Shown: positions 47,952 to 58,028, numbered from the stretch's first letter. The stretch: 64,000 nucleotides of DNA from Myxococcota bacterium (GCA_965140415.1 OZ223209.1:3168001-3232000), one strand, 5' to 3'. The notes: a model not told the origin generated them from the sequence alone. Numbers and translations are program-made.

Positions 47952-49447
47952 GACGTTTCTCTTCCTTTGTCCAAGCCACAACTTTCCGATAGAAGACGCC
48001 GATATCGGTTTTTCCAGTGTGCGGCGATTGCCGCAGGAGAAGCCGTTGAGAATTCATCATTACCGGAGATGTAGTCCAAAAGAAACTCATAGCTGTCGCG
48101 CCAACCGGGAAATAGTTGGCTATCGAAAACATAATTGTGAATTACCGACATAAAGCAGCCACCTTGATGAAGGATGGTTTGCGCCAGCGACTTCAGAATT
48201 TCATGTTTCTCTCCGGTGTTGAAGGATTTGTAACCGAACAGGTGATCATCCATCCAGGCTGTAGGGATTTCAACCAAAGAGAGCTCACGCCTTTCTGAGC
48301 GATTATAGGGAAAGAATGGCGTACTCAGAGAACGGCGAAATCCGACATGATTGGCCATGCCTAACGAGGCATCGTAATGCATGCCGAGTTTCTCATGCCA
48401 TAAAAGTGTGTCTTCTGGGCTTTCCTTTGAAAATCTCCAGTAGTGGTGACGACCACCTTTAATGGGGACTTTTGCGTAGTTTTCAAGGCGTTCCTTTTGT
48501 TTTTTTAGCTCATCAAAGGAGTCGCTAGTGCGATATCCGGCGTGCAAACCGATTTCTGCATCGGAATTTCGAAGCTTTTCAAAGAGAGTTGCAAAACGAT
48601 CTTGAGAAATATCGTAAAAAGGATCAGGGAGACCCTGTGCATATTTCATTAACGATCCTGAACCTGCAAAAAAATAAAACGCCGAGTGAACACCGTACTT
48701 CGCTTCCAGCTCACACCAATCGTCAAAATGCCAGTGGTGCCGTTTTCCGGTCAGAAGATCAAGTGAACTCTTGAACGAACTCAAACCGTTGCGGCGCATA
48801 GCCCGTAATGGTTCAAGCCAGCGAACGACGACTGGATAATCGACATCATGGCTGTAACAGGCAACCGCCTTCTTTTTATCGGGCCATTTTTCTTCTGCAA
48901 CGGGAAAGCCGATGGCGGAAAGATTCGTGTGTAACCAATTGATAATCTCAGATCCCAGAGCTTCACGTATGTGATTGGGAGTCAGTTTGTCCGAATCGGA
49001 GGGAATCGGGCGTCCATGAGTATCTTTGATCCAAGATGATTCGGAAAGGTCTGTAACAAGCCAAAACAGATCGAAGACCAAGTCATGACCAACAGTCAGG
49101 GAATCCCCATTGGAATGGGTATCCGCATTCAATTCAAAAGTCTCCTTTTCCCCTGAAAAAGTCAATATGGGGAGATTGTGCGCTCGACCGATTCCTTCAA
49201 GTCGAAGAGAGTTGGCGTTTTTCCATTTTTTCGTGTCGGCGTATATCGTGCATCGGCATGCGGATGCTTTATTGGATTGGGAGGTGAACGCAATATCGCA
49301 GGGTTTTCCAAAGGGAACCTCGATCCAACACCAGCCGATCGTGCCTAAAATCTGTCTCCATGTCCAGTGGACTTCCGGTCCGTAATTTTCCTCTATCAAC
49401 GGATCGATGCTGATCGTGATTTTGGGATTCGACATGAGATTCGTCAT
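47948..49447 (-). CDS. Polysaccharide deacetylase-family protein
   Basis: WP.....VACYSHDVD, EIGLH, GGRHHYWR, YDASLG.....GFR, EIP...MD. Confidence 0.8.
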   Translation of the reverse strand: MTNLMSNPKITISIDPLIEENYGPEVHWTWRQILGTIGWCWIEVPFGKPCDIAFTSQSNKASACRCTIYADTKKWKNANSLRLEGIGRAHNLPILTFSGEKETFELNADTHSNGDSLTVGHDLVFDLFWLVTDLSESSWIKDTHGRPIPSDSDKLTPNHIREALGSEIINWLHTNLSAIGFPVAEEKWPDKKKAVACYSHDVDYPVVVRWLEPLRAMRRNGLSSFKSSLDLLTGKRHHWHFDDWCELEAKYGVHSAFYFFAGSGSLMKYAQGLPDPFYDISQDRFATLFEKLRNSDAEIGLHAGYRTSDSFDELKKQKERLENYAKVPIKGGRHHYWRFSKESPEDTLLWHEKLGMHYDASLGMANHVGFRRSLSTPFFPYNRSERRELSLVEIPTAWMDDHLFGYKSFNTGEKHEILKSLAQTILHQGGCFMSVIHNYVFDSQLFPGWRDSYEFLLDYISGNDEFSTASPAAIAAHWKNRYRRLLSESCGLDKGRETS

Positions 49448-49705
49448 TCCATACTTTCCAAACTATTGGCCAGTAAAGAAGTTGCGTGATTTGAACTGTC
49501 CCTGCTGGGATCTTACGTTAGATACACGCATTTGATACCGCACTTTCAAAAACAAAGCAAGATTGAGCCGAATAACTCTGACCACGTCTAAAGGATATGG
49601 AATTTGCCTCGCATTGAACGAAAATCAAACGACGCAATCAGAAGCGCACTTACCAACACCATCTGGATATTCTTGGTATTCCATGCCTTTTTAGAAGTCA
49701 CGGGT

Positions 49706-51514
49706 TCATTCAACGGACGCCCCTTTTCCTTTGCTGGTTTCTTCAAGTAACCGCTCGATATCCTCCTTTGGCATTGGATAGCCTTTTCCATCGTATCGTT
49801 TCACCAATGCATTATAGAGATTCAGAGCTTGTTCCTTTTCCCCCGCCACATCCATGAACCTGGCATCTTGCAATGAAATCATATAGCTGGAGCGCCACTC
49901 GGTTTCCATTCCTTTACGGTAGGCATCCACCGCTTGCTGCTGTTTGCCTTGCCTGAGCAGCATTACTGCAAGATTTTTCCAGATCTCCGGGCATTGATCC
50001 TGTTTTGCAGCTTCCTCCGTTAAGAATCGACGCGCCAAGTCCTGGTGTTTTCCACCAAGCTCAAATTCGAGAACCGCTTTCTGCGAAATAATTCGAGGAT
50101 CGTGCGGATTGAGTTCATAGGCTTTATTGGCTACCTGCAATGCTTGCTTGCGGTCGCCTTTTTTCATGTATTCCTGCGCCAGATACATCGCAGCCAGATG
50201 ATGATCCGGCCAGGTGTTCAGGGTGTACTCGAACAGAGTGGTGCTGTTTTTCCAATGGCTGACTTGAAACAGAGACAGCATCAGCCAAAGCAGCAGAACA
50301 AAGGATCCAAAAGCGGCAATCGCTTTGCGCTTGAAATCTGTTTGGGCAGAATTAAATACCTGAACTCCTCCCGCTCCGATGAGAATACAAATACCCAGTA
50401 CGGAAAGAAACAGATAGCGATCCGCCCAGTGGATTGCATTCGGCAACAAACCGACGCCGGGAATCAAACAGGCAAAAAACCACAGTATCGGAAAAGACCA
50501 GGCTCGCTTTTTCAACCATAGAACCACAGCTACAACCAGCAAGATAAAAACCAGGAGTAAATCCAGCCACAACCCGCGATCCAGTAACGTTATCTTGAGA
50601 TCGTACAGGTACTGCACTGTCAAGGGGTGAGGCCAGATTGTCAGTTCCAAATAACGGGCGAAACTTTGGCCAACCAGGTACATTCGATTCGGCAGGCTTG
50701 CTTGAAAGGAATCGCCTTCAACCGCCTTAGAAATGCTGCTCATTGCCAGAGAGTTTTGCAGGCTGATGCGAATAAACCAGAGATTGAAGAAAACAAAAGG
50801 AAGATACATCAACCCGCGAGCGATCACACGCTTGGCAGAAAGAGAACGGAGTAATACCAGATCGATCACGAGCATCGCCGCCGGAAAGACGATCGCAAAC
50901 GCTTTGGAGAGACATGCAGCGGTAAAGCAGAAAAAAGCTCCTGCCAAAGCTGCGCTTTTTCTAGATCTTTCGGCATGGTAGGTGAAAAGGTAGAGCCACA
51001 ATCCCGCAAAAAAGAAGGTGCCCATCAGGACTTCTTTTCTGCCGGAGAGCCAGACGACCCCTTCTACATGAATGGGGTGTAAAAGGAATGCAGCCGTGCT
51101 GATCAGGGCTGCGATTCCGGCAAGATCTTTTCCACCACGTTCCGAATTCCAATCCGGCCACAGACGCGCGTACAATTTCCGTAAAAACAGAAAACAGAAC
51201 CAACCTGTCAACATGTATAGGAGCAAATTGACAAGGCGTATGTAGAACGGGTCGGCACCGTGCAATTTGAAATCAACCGCATAGCTGATCCAGCGAAGCG
51301 GAGTATAAGCGAGCATCGCACCGGGAGTGAAGAAAACGCCGATCCGTTCCCAGCTAAGCTGCTTTAACGGTTCGTTATGATAGATGATTTTCGGGTCGTC
51401 GTAACTGATCGATTCGAACGGCAGAGAACTGGCATAAACCAACAGTACAAGCAACACAATCGCCATTGCAGAAAAGAGCAGAAATGTTTTGGACGTAAAC
51501 CCGCGACCCGTCAT
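49706..51514 (-). CDS. TMTC-like GT-C membrane glycosyltransferase with C-terminal TPR repeats
   Basis: YDD, PL..ISY..D, R.VN..L, HP.HVE.V.W.SGRKE, LSK, ADRYL, TPR-like helices. Confidence 0.8.
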   Translation of the reverse strand: MTGRGFTSKTFLLFSAMAIVLLVLLVYASSLPFESISYDDPKIIYHNEPLKQLSWERIGVFFTPGAMLAYTPLRWISYAVDFKLHGADPFYIRLVNLLLYMLTGWFCFLFLRKLYARLWPDWNSERGGKDLAGIAALISTAAFLLHPIHVEGVVWLSGRKEVLMGTFFFAGLWLYLFTYHAERSRKSAALAGAFFCFTAACLSKAFAIVFPAAMLVIDLVLLRSLSAKRVIARGLMYLPFVFFNLWFIRISLQNSLAMSSISKAVEGDSFQASLPNRMYLVGQSFARYLELTIWPHPLTVQYLYDLKITLLDRGLWLDLLLVFILLVVAVVLWLKKRAWSFPILWFFACLIPGVGLLPNAIHWADRYLFLSVLGICILIGAGGVQVFNSAQTDFKRKAIAAFGSFVLLLWLMLSLFQVSHWKNSTTLFEYTLNTWPDHHLAAMYLAQEYMKKGDRKQALQVANKAYELNPHDPRIISQKAVLEFELGGKHQDLARRFLTEEAAKQDQCPEIWKNLAVMLLRQGKQQQAVDAYRKGMETEWRSSYMISLQDARFMDVAGEKEQALNLYNALVKRYDGKGYPMPKEDIERLLEETSKGKGASVE

Positions 51515-51571
51515 CCACTCCTCACTTGCTACGATTCGTGGTGGCGGTACAATTGAATGCTTTAACGTGCT

Positions 51572-52168
51572 TCATCGTGCTTTCCAATAGCGGTCCAGAA
51601 ATGCGATCACTTTCTTTTCTGGCCGTCCGCTCCGCTCAGAAAAAGAGCCAACAACATGAACGCCACGCGTCAATCCCTCTGCAAGCGAACGTCGTTTTGT
51701 GGCTTGATCGGAGCAAAATAGCAGTTGCGAGACGTGATCGATCATTCTGCGGTTACTTTGTCCAATCGATATTGATTTCTGCAAATCGTTGCCAACAACA
51801 AGATGAGCCACGGGAATATGTAACTTTGCCGCCGCAAGAGCGGCAGCCAAAGCGGCATTTGTGTTTCCACGCACTAAAACGCCAACCGGTCGATGCTTTT
51901 GTAGTTCACGTTCGAATGCAATTAGTAATTTCCCGGACATCTTCCCGAATGGATCTCCATCGAGAGCTATAAGGCCATTGGATTTTGAAACTGACCGTGT
52001 TGAACCGCTCGCATAGCCAACAGAAAGTACATGTAGATGAATCGGTGCCCTCCCCTGCTTGTTGTGCGCAAGAATCTCCGAACAGATCGCATCACGGATA
52101 CCATCGGAGTCTGCATCAAACACCAGCAGGATCGTTCGTTTTTTTGACTTTTGCATGTGCGCAACCAA
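51572..52168 (-). CDS. Truncated, degenerate UDP-GlcNAc 2-epimerase (WecB)-like protein; possible pseudogene
   Basis: VLVRGNTNAALAAALAAAKLHIPVAH and NRRMIDHVSQLLF resemble WecB, but the GDT, EAGLRS and PEE motifs and the C-terminal domain are missing. Confidence 0.6.
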   Translation of the reverse strand: MVAHMQKSKKRTILLVFDADSDGIRDAICSEILAHNKQGRAPIHLHVLSVGYASGSTRSVSKSNGLIALDGDPFGKMSGKLLIAFERELQKHRPVGVLVRGNTNAALAAALAAAKLHIPVAHLVVGNDLQKSISIGQSNRRMIDHVSQLLFCSDQATKRRSLAEGLTRGVHVVGSFSERSGRPEKKVIAFLDRYWKAR

Positions 52169-52356
52169 CTCAATTCACACGTGTTTCAGTAAATCCATGA
52201 AAGTGATTACAGTATGCCACAGGATACGAGTCGGCGTCCAATTTTTCTACATTTCAATTTTGGCAGAAAAACTGTGAAGAATTAACGAACGCTCTTGTTG
52301 GGTTTAACTTCAAATCAAAGCGAAGAGGTTGTGATCGACGAAAAGGTGATGAAAAA

Positions 52357-52989
52357 TCACGCTTGTATGTGACGCTTCCAGATGTCCATCAACTCTTCGA
52401 TTGCACGTTCGGGATCGGATGCCTGGTTTACGGCCCGCACCACAGCGAAATTGACAGCACCATGCTGCAACACGGTGGCCAGATTTTCCTTGTTGATACC
52501 ACCGATTGCCACAGGTACCAATGGCGTCGCTTCGATAATCCGCTGCATCTGTTCCAGCCCCACCGTTGGGTCCGCGATCTCTTTTGTCGGCGTGGAATAA
52601 ACAGGTCCAACGCCGATGATATCCGGCGCTAACAATCGCGCCTGCTTTTCCTGTTCGGGATTATGAGTGGATAATCCGAAACGTTTTCCGGCAATCGGCC
52701 AAAGTGCCCGGGCTTCGGGCAGGGGCATATCTCCCTGACCCAGGTGAACACCATCCGCATCCACCGCCCGGGCGATTTCTACCGAGTCGTTGACGATAAA
52801 CAGCGTATCCGATCCTTTTGTAATCTCGCGCAGCTTCGTGGCGTTTTGTAGCACCTCGTCTTCCGGAGCGTGTTTCATGCGTAGTTGCAGATAACGCACC
52901 TTGCATTGCACCGCCGCCTCCGCAAGTCGCTCGTATCCCAACAGCGGGTTGGTCAGAATCAGATACAGCCCGAATCGTCGATCATCCAT
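52357..52989 (-). CDS. thiE: Thiamine-phosphate synthase
   Basis: [40 protein letters not shown]. Confidence 0.95.
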   Translation of the reverse strand: MDDRRFGLYLILTNPLLGYERLAEAAVQCKVRYLQLRMKHAPEDEVLQNATKLREITKGSDTLFIVNDSVEIARAVDADGVHLGQGDMPLPEARALWPIAGKRFGLSTHNPEQEKQARLLAPDIIGVGPVYSTPTKEIADPTVGLEQMQRIIEATPLVPVAIGGINKENLATVLQHGAVNFAVVRAVNQASDPERAIEELMDIWKRHIQA

Positions 52990-53752
52990 CGATGTCCTCC
53001 AGAATCAACTGAGATACTTTGCGACCGCTTTTGAACATGCCGCCGAAAATCGGTCCCATGCGGAAACCGCCGCAAACGTTATTGGCCGCCATTCCGGAAG
53101 CGTATAATCCCGGATATAGACGTTTGGTGTTCTCCACCGTGCTGGCTTCGCCGCTCTCCATCCACATCGGCTTTTCTCCCATTACGTCACCGGTGGGAGT
53201 GTCGATTTTCACTCCGGCTTTTTTACATGCCAGGGTAATGATTTCACTGGGATGTCCGGTGCCGTCGAGCACCGCTTTGGCGGTAATCACGAGCGGATCG
53301 ACGTGCATTCCAAAGCGCTCGACCGGTGTCCAGTTGACGACGACACCACAGACTTTCTCATTCTGGAAAACGATGTCTTCGACGCTGACGGCATTGAACA
53401 GCACCGCTCCGGCTTTGCGAGCACCGAAGATCAAGCCGCTGGCGACTTCAACGGCGTCGGCGGTGTAATAGCCTTCTCCGGCAGGCTGGGCGGAAATGGT
53501 GAAATCTTCCAGGATCGAAAGGACATCTTCCTGCACCACGATTTCATTGAACAACATGCCGCCGCCCCAGATGCCACCACCCGGCGCCAGTTTGCGCTCG
53601 AAAATGGCAACCTTTTTACCGGCCTTGGCCAGTTCGCGCGCCGCGACCAGACCGCTTGGTCCTGCGCCCACGATGGCGACATCCACACTGAGGTGCTGGG
53701 TAAGTTTGTCGAAAAAGCGGCTGACGATGGATTGCGTTATTTTCTCTTCCAT
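52982..53752 (-). CDS. thi4: Sulfide-dependent (non-Cys) Thi4 thiazole synthase
   Basis: [39 protein letters not shown]; start ATG 53752. Confidence 0.93.
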   Translation of the reverse strand: MEEKITQSIVSRFFDKLTQHLSVDVAIVGAGPSGLVAARELAKAGKKVAIFERKLAPGGGIWGGGMLFNEIVVQEDVLSILEDFTISAQPAGEGYYTADAVEVASGLIFGARKAGAVLFNAVSVEDIVFQNEKVCGVVVNWTPVERFGMHVDPLVITAKAVLDGTGHPSEIITLACKKAGVKIDTPTGDVMGEKPMWMESGEASTVENTKRLYPGLYASGMAANNVCGGFRMGPIFGGMFKSGRKVSQLILEDIDG

Positions 53753-53774
53753 TAGCGATTCCTCTCTGCAAAGT

Positions 53775-53808
53775 AAAAAAGCGAGACCGTTTTTAAGGGC
53801 CTCGCTTT
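53775..53808 (-). terminator. Riboswitch-controlled attenuator terminator
   Basis: AAAGCGAGGCC...GGTCTCGCTTTTTT between the aptamer and the thi4 RBS. Confidence 0.75.
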
Positions 53809-53823
53809 GCTTGCAGCGTTCGC

Positions 53824-53907
53824 TCGGTTCCCTTGCGCCGGTATGATCCGGATCAGGTTCAATGGGTATGATCTCAGCCTGCGTAAAATGCAGGCACCCC
53901 AACCAGT
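53824..53907 (-). ncRNA. TPP riboswitch
   Basis: GGGGTGC...GCTGAGA...ACCC..TGAACCTGATC..GATCATACC.GCG.AAGGGAA upstream of thi4-thiE. Confidence 0.95.
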
Positions 53908-54090
53908 CACGATCCCGAATTGTCAAAAAGCGGGTGAAGAATAGCGCCGATATCTTTCAGTAGCAAGGAAAAATGAAAGCGACTGCCGATTTTAGATTCG
54001 TTTCCGATAAATTGCTTGAACTTGTCCGAAAAGAAAGGTCATGATATAGCATACGGAGATCAGCAAAGCATCCTATACCGGAGAATCGCC

Positions 54091-57000
54091 ATGTATCGTT
54101 CCATGAAACTTCATGTCGCACTTTCGATATGCGTCATCTCGCTATTCAGTTCCTTTAACCTGTTTGCCGGTTCATTCGAAGCGGAACTCAACCCAAAAAC
54201 GTTGAGCACAGGTATTCACAATGCAATCGAGCGGCACCCGGAAATATTTCCATTCGGCTTGCACGTTCTGAAAACGTCTCTGGAAGGAACGACTGCCGAA
54301 GTGGTTTTCAATGAAGCACTGCTGCCATATTCGGAAAGCCCGGCCTGGGTCGATGAGATGCTTCACGCACTGTTTCTCGCCATCCCCAGTGCCCGGTCGA
54401 TCAAAGTGTATATTCAACAGGGCGACGAGGTCGTTTCCCTGAATGAATTGGTACGGCTGCGACCCGAATTTCCGGATGAAGACGCCGCCCCCGAGGCTTT
54501 TCTGATCGAACCGGTCAATGATTCATCATTTTTTCCGGTACCGGGGCCATTAAACGGAGTACGCATCGCGGTCAGTCCGGGACACGGCTGGACCTGGACG
54601 GGCAGTGGATGGGGCCTCCAGCGTCATGATATGTACCCGGAGATGCCGTTGCATTTCACTGAAGACATGTCCAACGCCCGTTTCGCCAAGCATGTGATTT
54701 CGGCTCTTGAGCGCACGGGAGCTTATGTCTTCAGCTGCCGCGAACGAGATTTCAATACCAACGAACGAATTGTCGATAACGATGATATAAGCAGCGGTTT
54801 CAGTGCGGGTGAAGGCTGGTACGAAAGCACCTATGCCGGGTTCAACGGTGGAACCTACATGGTTCATCCCACAAGTGGCGATCCAGATGCCCCAGCCGCT
54901 GCTTTCGCACCGGATTTTCCTTATAATGGCTGGTATGCGGTTTACGTCGCCTATCGTGCTGGAGAAAACCGGGCGACCGACGCACGCTATGAAATCCGCT
55001 ATGCAGGAGGCACACAGGTTGTTCAACTCGATCAGGAGGTACAAGACCGGCGCTGGGTCTACGTCGGCAGCTATCCCTTCGAAGCAGGTGGCGAGAACGG
55101 GCAAGGCGTGTGGTTGTCTCCCTACTCACAAGAAGATGGCCAGGTGGTGATTGCAGACTCCGTCAAATTCGGAGGAGGCATGGGATCTCTTCTGCGTGAA
55201 GGCGAGTCCAGCGGCTACCCTCGCTGGGAGGAAGCCTCAAGATACTGGACGGAGTTTGCCGGTGCGCCATCAGAGGTATATCAAGCTCGCTCGACCGAGC
55301 GCGACTCCGACGTGGTGGCGCGTCCGCTATACGCCAACTGGGTCGGTGCAGATGCCTACCTGTCGATTCACACCAACGCGGGCGGAGGAACGGGAACGGA
55401 AACCTACATGTACGACGGCAACGCCACGGCTGGCAGCGAGCAATGGCGCGACATCGTGCATAACAGCATCGTGCAGGCCATCAGAAGCGAATGGGATGAA
55501 AACTGGGTGAATCGCGGTCTGAAAGCGGGCGACTACGGGGAAGTTCGGGAATTGACCTACATGCCGGGTTGCCTGACCGAGATCGGCTTTCACGACAATG
55601 CAGAGGACATCATGCTGTTGGCACACCCCTTGTTCCGGGAAACCATCGGACGTGCCATCGCCTACGCCGCGTTGAATTTCTTCTCTCCCGACACACCGCT
55701 GTACCCTCTTCCGGTTCGGGGCGTGTATGCAAAAGCGGTTTCAGGTGGTGTGCAAGTCGGCTGGCAACCCCAAGACGATACGACATGGGGAGAACAGACC
55801 GAACCAGACTACTACCGTATTCGTATTGCACAGGGGTTATATCCGACGTCGCAGGAATTCGTAACGACGGCGGAAACCTCATACCTGTTTACCGACCTCG
55901 AAGCCGGAGAAGCATACTCATTCACGATTACCGCCATCAACAGCGGCGGCGAAAGCCTGCCCAGTGAACCGGTCGTTGCCCGTGTTTATCCCGACCGCCC
56001 GGTACAAGTTCTATTGGTGAACGGTTTCGACCGCATGGATTATTATATCGATGAAGAAGAGAACACCGGAGAGTACATCCTGATTCACGCGAAAGCAATA
56101 CTTGCTGCTGGTGAATACGGTTTCGTATCCTGTTCCAATGAAGCGGTGAAAGACGGCACGGTGGACCTGTCTTCCTATGCCATGGTGGACTGGTCTCTGG
56201 GTGAGGAAACTCGGCTGGATAACGAGCCGGAGGATTTCATCGCGTTTTCGGAAGAGGAACGCACGAAGCTTTCCGCATTCGTCACCAACGGCGGCGGGCT
56301 TTTCGTAAGTGGCTCGGAAGTCGGCTACGACGTCTCCGAGGTCCACTCCGACGACCTTGCATACATGGCCTTCTACCAATCGGTATTGAAAGCGGTCTAT
56401 GTCAGTGACGATGCCGACAGCTATTCTTTCCAAGGCTCAAGCGGATCGATTTTCGATGGTTTGCAGGGATCTTTCGATAATGGCGAAAACCTGGTTTATG
56501 ATGTCGATTTCCCCGACGTGATCAACCCGATCAACGGAAGCGAACGCTGCATGTTTTACGGCAGCAACGACACACAAGGCATGGCGACCTGTCGTGTGGG
56601 TGGCTCCGAAAACGTTATTTATTTCGGTGTTCCTTTCGAAACGATCCTAACCGATAGCTTGCGTAACCAGATCATGAGCCGCGTTCTTGAAGCCTTGGCA
56701 GGTGACCCCTTCATCGGAGTCGATGGCGACATGGATTCCGATCTTGAGTACGATATGGACAATGAGATCACTGAGTTCGTTGTCGATGGGGATGAAGAAA
56801 TCCCTGTGGATGGCGACATTGAAGAATCGGAACAAGAAGAGGAATGGGAAGAACCCGGCATTGACGGGGATGATGTGGACGAAGACACGGATTTCGCAGA
56901 AGAAGAAAATAGTGAAACGACACCCGCAGATGAGGAGGAAGACATCACCTATTACACTCCGGTAGATGGCGATGTTCCCCTATGTCAACCCGGATATATC

Positions 57001-57159
57001 TATGAAAACGGCACCTGTGTGCTTTACGGCGAAAACGACGACGGCTGTGGTTGCCGAAACAGCCCACAGCCATCGTTTTCATCAATGCTGATATTCTCAA
57101 TTGTTTTGCTGGCGGGTACAATCCGACGCCGCAAATACGGTCATCGCTTCAAAGCTTGA
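54091..57159 (+). CDS. Surface-anchored N-acetylmuramoyl-L-alanine amidase (Amidase_3) with inserted golvesin/xanthan-lyase-type beta domain, FN3, DGD stalk and MYXO-CTERM-like tail
   Basis: SPGHG, TED, SIHTNA, LTEIGFHDN; IVDN...VIADSVKFGGG; YSFTITAINSGGES.PS; GCGC-hydrophobic-RRRK. Confidence 0.85.
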   Translation: MYRSMKLHVALSICVISLFSSFNLFAGSFEAELNPKTLSTGIHNAIERHPEIFPFGLHVLKTSLEGTTAEVVFNEALLPYSESPAWVDEMLHALFLAIPSARSIKVYIQQGDEVVSLNELVRLRPEFPDEDAAPEAFLIEPVNDSSFFPVPGPLNGVRIAVSPGHGWTWTGSGWGLQRHDMYPEMPLHFTEDMSNARFAKHVISALERTGAYVFSCRERDFNTNERIVDNDDISSGFSAGEGWYESTYAGFNGGTYMVHPTSGDPDAPAAAFAPDFPYNGWYAVYVAYRAGENRATDARYEIRYAGGTQVVQLDQEVQDRRWVYVGSYPFEAGGENGQGVWLSPYSQEDGQVVIADSVKFGGGMGSLLREGESSGYPRWEEASRYWTEFAGAPSEVYQARSTERDSDVVARPLYANWVGADAYLSIHTNAGGGTGTETYMYDGNATAGSEQWRDIVHNSIVQAIRSEWDENWVNRGLKAGDYGEVRELTYMPGCLTEIGFHDNAEDIMLLAHPLFRETIGRAIAYAALNFFSPDTPLYPLPVRGVYAKAVSGGVQVGWQPQDDTTWGEQTEPDYYRIRIAQGLYPTSQEFVTTAETSYLFTDLEAGEAYSFTITAINSGGESLPSEPVVARVYPDRPVQVLLVNGFDRMDYYIDEEENTGEYILIHAKAILAAGEYGFVSCSNEAVKDGTVDLSSYAMVDWSLGEETRLDNEPEDFIAFSEEERTKLSAFVTNGGGLFVSGSEVGYDVSEVHSDDLAYMAFYQSVLKAVYVSDDADSYSFQGSSGSIFDGLQGSFDNGENLVYDVDFPDVINPINGSERCMFYGSNDTQGMATCRVGGSENVIYFGVPFETILTDSLRNQIMSRVLEALAGDPFIGVDGDMDSDLEYDMDNEITEFVVDGDEEIPVDGDIEESEQEEEWEEPGIDGDDVDEDTDFAEEENSETTPADEEEDITYYTPVDGDVPLCQPGYIYENGTCVLYGENDDGCGCRNSPQPSFSSMLIFSIVLLAGTIRRRKYGHRFKA

Positions 57160-57163
57160 ACCT

Positions 57164-57649
57164 TTACGATCCGTAACTCTGGAATTCCTGCGTCTCCAGA
57201 ATATCTTGCGGGGTTTCATAGAACTTGATGAGGTTCTCGATCAGTTTGTGATGCATTTCCTCTTCCTTGGCCAGCATCGTCAACAGATGCTTCAGGTTGG
57301 CATCGGCGGTTTTCATAGATTCTTCGAGGAAATGGTTGCGAGTGCGATCTTCGAAATCCAACGCCGCTTTCAGTGTATCAAGAATACCCGCTTCCTTTGA
57401 CAGGAAGTGGTCGTCTTTAATGCAGGCTTCCTTGATGATTCCTTTAATATTTTTCATGGATTCGGAAGCCTTGTATTCCAATGTGCTTCCCTTTTTCAAG
57501 GTCTCCAAAAACGCGGCATGCTGCTGCTCGTCTTTGGCCAGATTCATGAAGATTTCCTTCACGGCAGGATTCTCGGCTTTCTCAGCGCTTTTCTTGAAGA
57601 ACGCAAGTCCTTGATATTCAAACTCAATTGCCTGATCCAGAATGTCCAT
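57164..57649 (-). CDS. Rubrerythrin/ferritin-like protein
   Basis: Two E...LAxxExxH repeats (LAKDEQQH, LAKEEEMH). Confidence 0.85.
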   Translation of the reverse strand: MDILDQAIEFEYQGLAFFKKSAEKAENPAVKEIFMNLAKDEQQHAAFLETLKKGSTLEYKASESMKNIKGIIKEACIKDDHFLSKEAGILDTLKAALDFEDRTRNHFLEESMKTADANLKHLLTMLAKEEEMHHKLIENLIKFYETPQDILETQEFQSYGS

Positions 57650-58028
57650 CTCGCTCTCCTTGGGATTGGGTTGTCATGATGCTTTGCCTGTTGCGTATTC
57701 GTTTCGAATCGTATCAATAGAGAATCTTTAGGACATTTGCATTCCCTTAAAATTACTTGCACCTTTCTAACAGGCTTTAAATGAATGCAACTGTACGAGT
57801 GACAGCAACTTTTCTTGACAATTATGCAAGGATATAGCATTTTCAAAAGTGACGTTCGTACAAAGTGTCAGAAAAATTGAAAGTTATGGGGCTAGCCACG
57901 GAAAACCGGAAAAGGACTTCCGCGTTTAGCATCGTGGCCTTGTCAGTCCGACTTCATACCTGTACCTGAGCAACTACAGGATTTTCTTATTGGGTCGTTT
58001 CTATTTGTACTAACCGGGAGGTGATTTG

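Noticed and set aside
53753-53926. Track's N-terminal extension of Thi4
   Set aside because: This region is the TPP riboswitch and its terminator.
57895-57938. Hairpin in the acyl-CoA ligase leader as a riboswitch
   Set aside because: A single interrupted stem with no recognisable aptamer consensus.
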